From Candidatus Saccharimonadota bacterium (GTDB taxonomy: Bacteria; Patescibacteriota; Saccharimonadia; Saccharimonadales; Saccharimonadaceae): 32,000 nt of DNA. A program made the translations under genes and the position numbers. The DNA lies in NCBI GenBank assembly GCA_020160975.1, contig JAIUPJ010000001.1:360001-392000 (forward strand). The letters run 5' to 3'. The notes under the pieces were generated by a model. It made no database searches, was not told where the DNA came from, and saw only the letters and a list, made by a program, of their open reading frames with translations. This document shows, one piece after another, positions 31,043-32,000 of this stretch (position 1 is its first letter; each line of letters starts with the position of its first letter).

Positions 31043-32000
31043 CTACGGGTAGAGAATGGTATCGATCTGCTTGGCGACATTAGCGATGTAGCCGTACGAG
31101 TAGCCCTTTGTCATGATTACCAGAACATACGTGCCTTTCGGATTGTGCACAATCGCAGCGTCGTGAATATAGTCCCATAAAAAACCGACTTTGTCCTGCG
31201 TCCAGCCTTTTGTACCCGTCGGGATACCATAACGGTACAGTTGCCGACTCATTTTCTCCAGCAGCATGTCGCGGTTATTTCCGCCCACCAGTGTACCATT
31301 ATTGAGCCCGATCAAATACCGAGCCAAATCCCCCGCCGTAGTATGCGTGGCATCGCTAAAAGTAAAGCCCGTACCGCTACTAAATCCTTTGTCGTGGACG
31401 TACTGGTTCAGCGCGTCTCGCCCATACTGTCGAATCCACTGCTCAGCGCAAGGATTTGTCGACGGCACAATCGTGCGCTCGAAACAACCTCCAGCTGTCG
31501 TATCGAGCATGGGTGTATCCCAGGTTAGCCGACCGGCGTTGATATCGTCAAATACCCGCATCATCACATAGAGTTTATACGTACTAGCGCTCGGGATACT
31601 TTCGTCAGCGCGGCCACTCGCCGTCCAGCCAGGTCCATCGAGTTGCTGCACCACGATCCGTACGTTTTGTGTACTGGTGGCATAAGCAACATAAGCGCGT
31701 AACCCTGCCTGAGATGAGCTATAAGAGCGTTCGTAGATTATCGGCGGGGCATCTGGGCGAAGTGCCACCTCTACCGTAGCCGCTCGTAACCCCATGAGCG
31801 CACTATCGAGCTCGGCAACCACAGCAGGAATATCGAGCGAGCTCCCGGGTGCACCCTCTGTCCGTCCCTGCTCGTTACCATCGACCACGGTCACTGCTAT
31901 TGCCGTCGGAGCTGTTTTCACTTTTTCATTTATAGCCGTCACAAACGCAGTCACTGCTTCTTGGTTCACACTGAGCGCCGCTGGCTTGACAGTGACATCG
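31043..32000 (-). CDS. Serine hydrolase, class-A beta-lactamase-related fold (partial; N-terminus lies beyond the right edge)
   Basis: The reading frame stays open to position 32000 (..DVTVKPAALSVNQEAV..), so the GTG start at 31969 in the track is probably internal. An SxxK motif is present in ..IPSASTYKLYVMMRVF... The later ..PSTNP.. and ..GTKGW.. segments are only weakly reminiscent of the SDN and KTG motifs. Confidence 0.45.
   Translation of the reverse strand, partial: DVTVKPAALSVNQEAVTAFVTAINEKVKTAPTAIAVTVVDGNEQGRTEGAPGSSLDIPAVVAELDSALMGLRAATVEVALRPDAPPIIYERSYSSSQAGLRAYVAYATSTQNVRIVVQQLDGPGWTASGRADESIPSASTYKLYVMMRVFDDINAGRLTWDTPMLDTTAGGCFERTIVPSTNPCAEQWIRQYGRDALNQYVHDKGFSSGTGFTFSDATHTTAGDLARYLIGLNNGTLVGGNNRDMLLEKMSRQLYRYGIPTGTKGWTQDKVGFLWDYIHDAAIVHNPKGTYVLVIMTKGYSYGYIANVAKQIDTILYP

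Noticed and set aside
1-32000. An alternative genetic code with UGA recoded, as in some CPR lineages.
   Set aside because: TGA is used as a genuine stop at well-defined gene ends. Examples are xerC at 5881-5883 and the 126-aa gene at 1155-1157, which sits in an ATGA overlap. All conserved proteins read through without needing in-frame TGA sense codons.
1-32000. CRISPR arrays, rRNA genes, intact IS elements or transposases, and known defence-system genes.
   Set aside because: I saw no regularly spaced short repeats, no rRNA-like sequence and no transposase or nuclease/helicase-type ORFs. The only repeats found are the 18-bp pair, the 17-bp tandem and the intragenic 153-nt units, all reported above.

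Overview
The gene content suggests a chromosome segment from a small-genome, monoderm-type bacterium of the Patescibacteria/CPR kind, Saccharibacteria-like. This lineage call is inference from a secretin-less type IV pilus locus, densely overlapping genes, CCA-encoding tRNAs and a standard genetic code with TGA stops. Almost all genes are on the minus strand. (1) 1-5.9 kb holds housekeeping genes: a partial GT2 glycosyltransferase, tRNA-Thr, tRNA-Asp, Fe/Mn superoxide dismutase, a SurA-N-like chaperone, a bPH membrane protein, tRNA-Arg, ndk and xerC/D. (2) 5.9-21.05 kb is one co-directional type IV pilus locus. Its transcription order is a 163-aa anchored protein, a 1056-aa secreted orphan, pilM, pilN, a pilO-like gene, a 77-aa protein, pilB, pilT, pilC, pilA, pilD, three prepilin-type minor pilins and a PilX-N-like protein. 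No secretin is present. (3) 21.3-27.3 kb is a nine-gene metal (copper-type) operon: csoR-family repressor, CPH-motif P1B ATPase, a 19-aa His-rich micro-ORF, a secreted Met/His protein, three DUF305 paralogs, DUF3105 and a cytochrome-b5-like protein. This block is bracketed by a perfect 18-bp direct repeat. A decayed copy of the ychF 5' end sits on its left. A serine-recombinase-like remnant followed by intact ychF sits on its right, which looks like a fixed integrative island. (4) 29.0-30.0 kb is a roughly 1-kb segment of about 65% GC, against about 45-50% in the flanks. It encodes a frameshifted, repeat-containing, C-terminally anchored surface protein with actinobacterial-style codon usage, so it is probably horizontally acquired. 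(5) tlyA and a partial serine hydrolase end the window. No rRNA, CRISPR array or intact transposase was seen.
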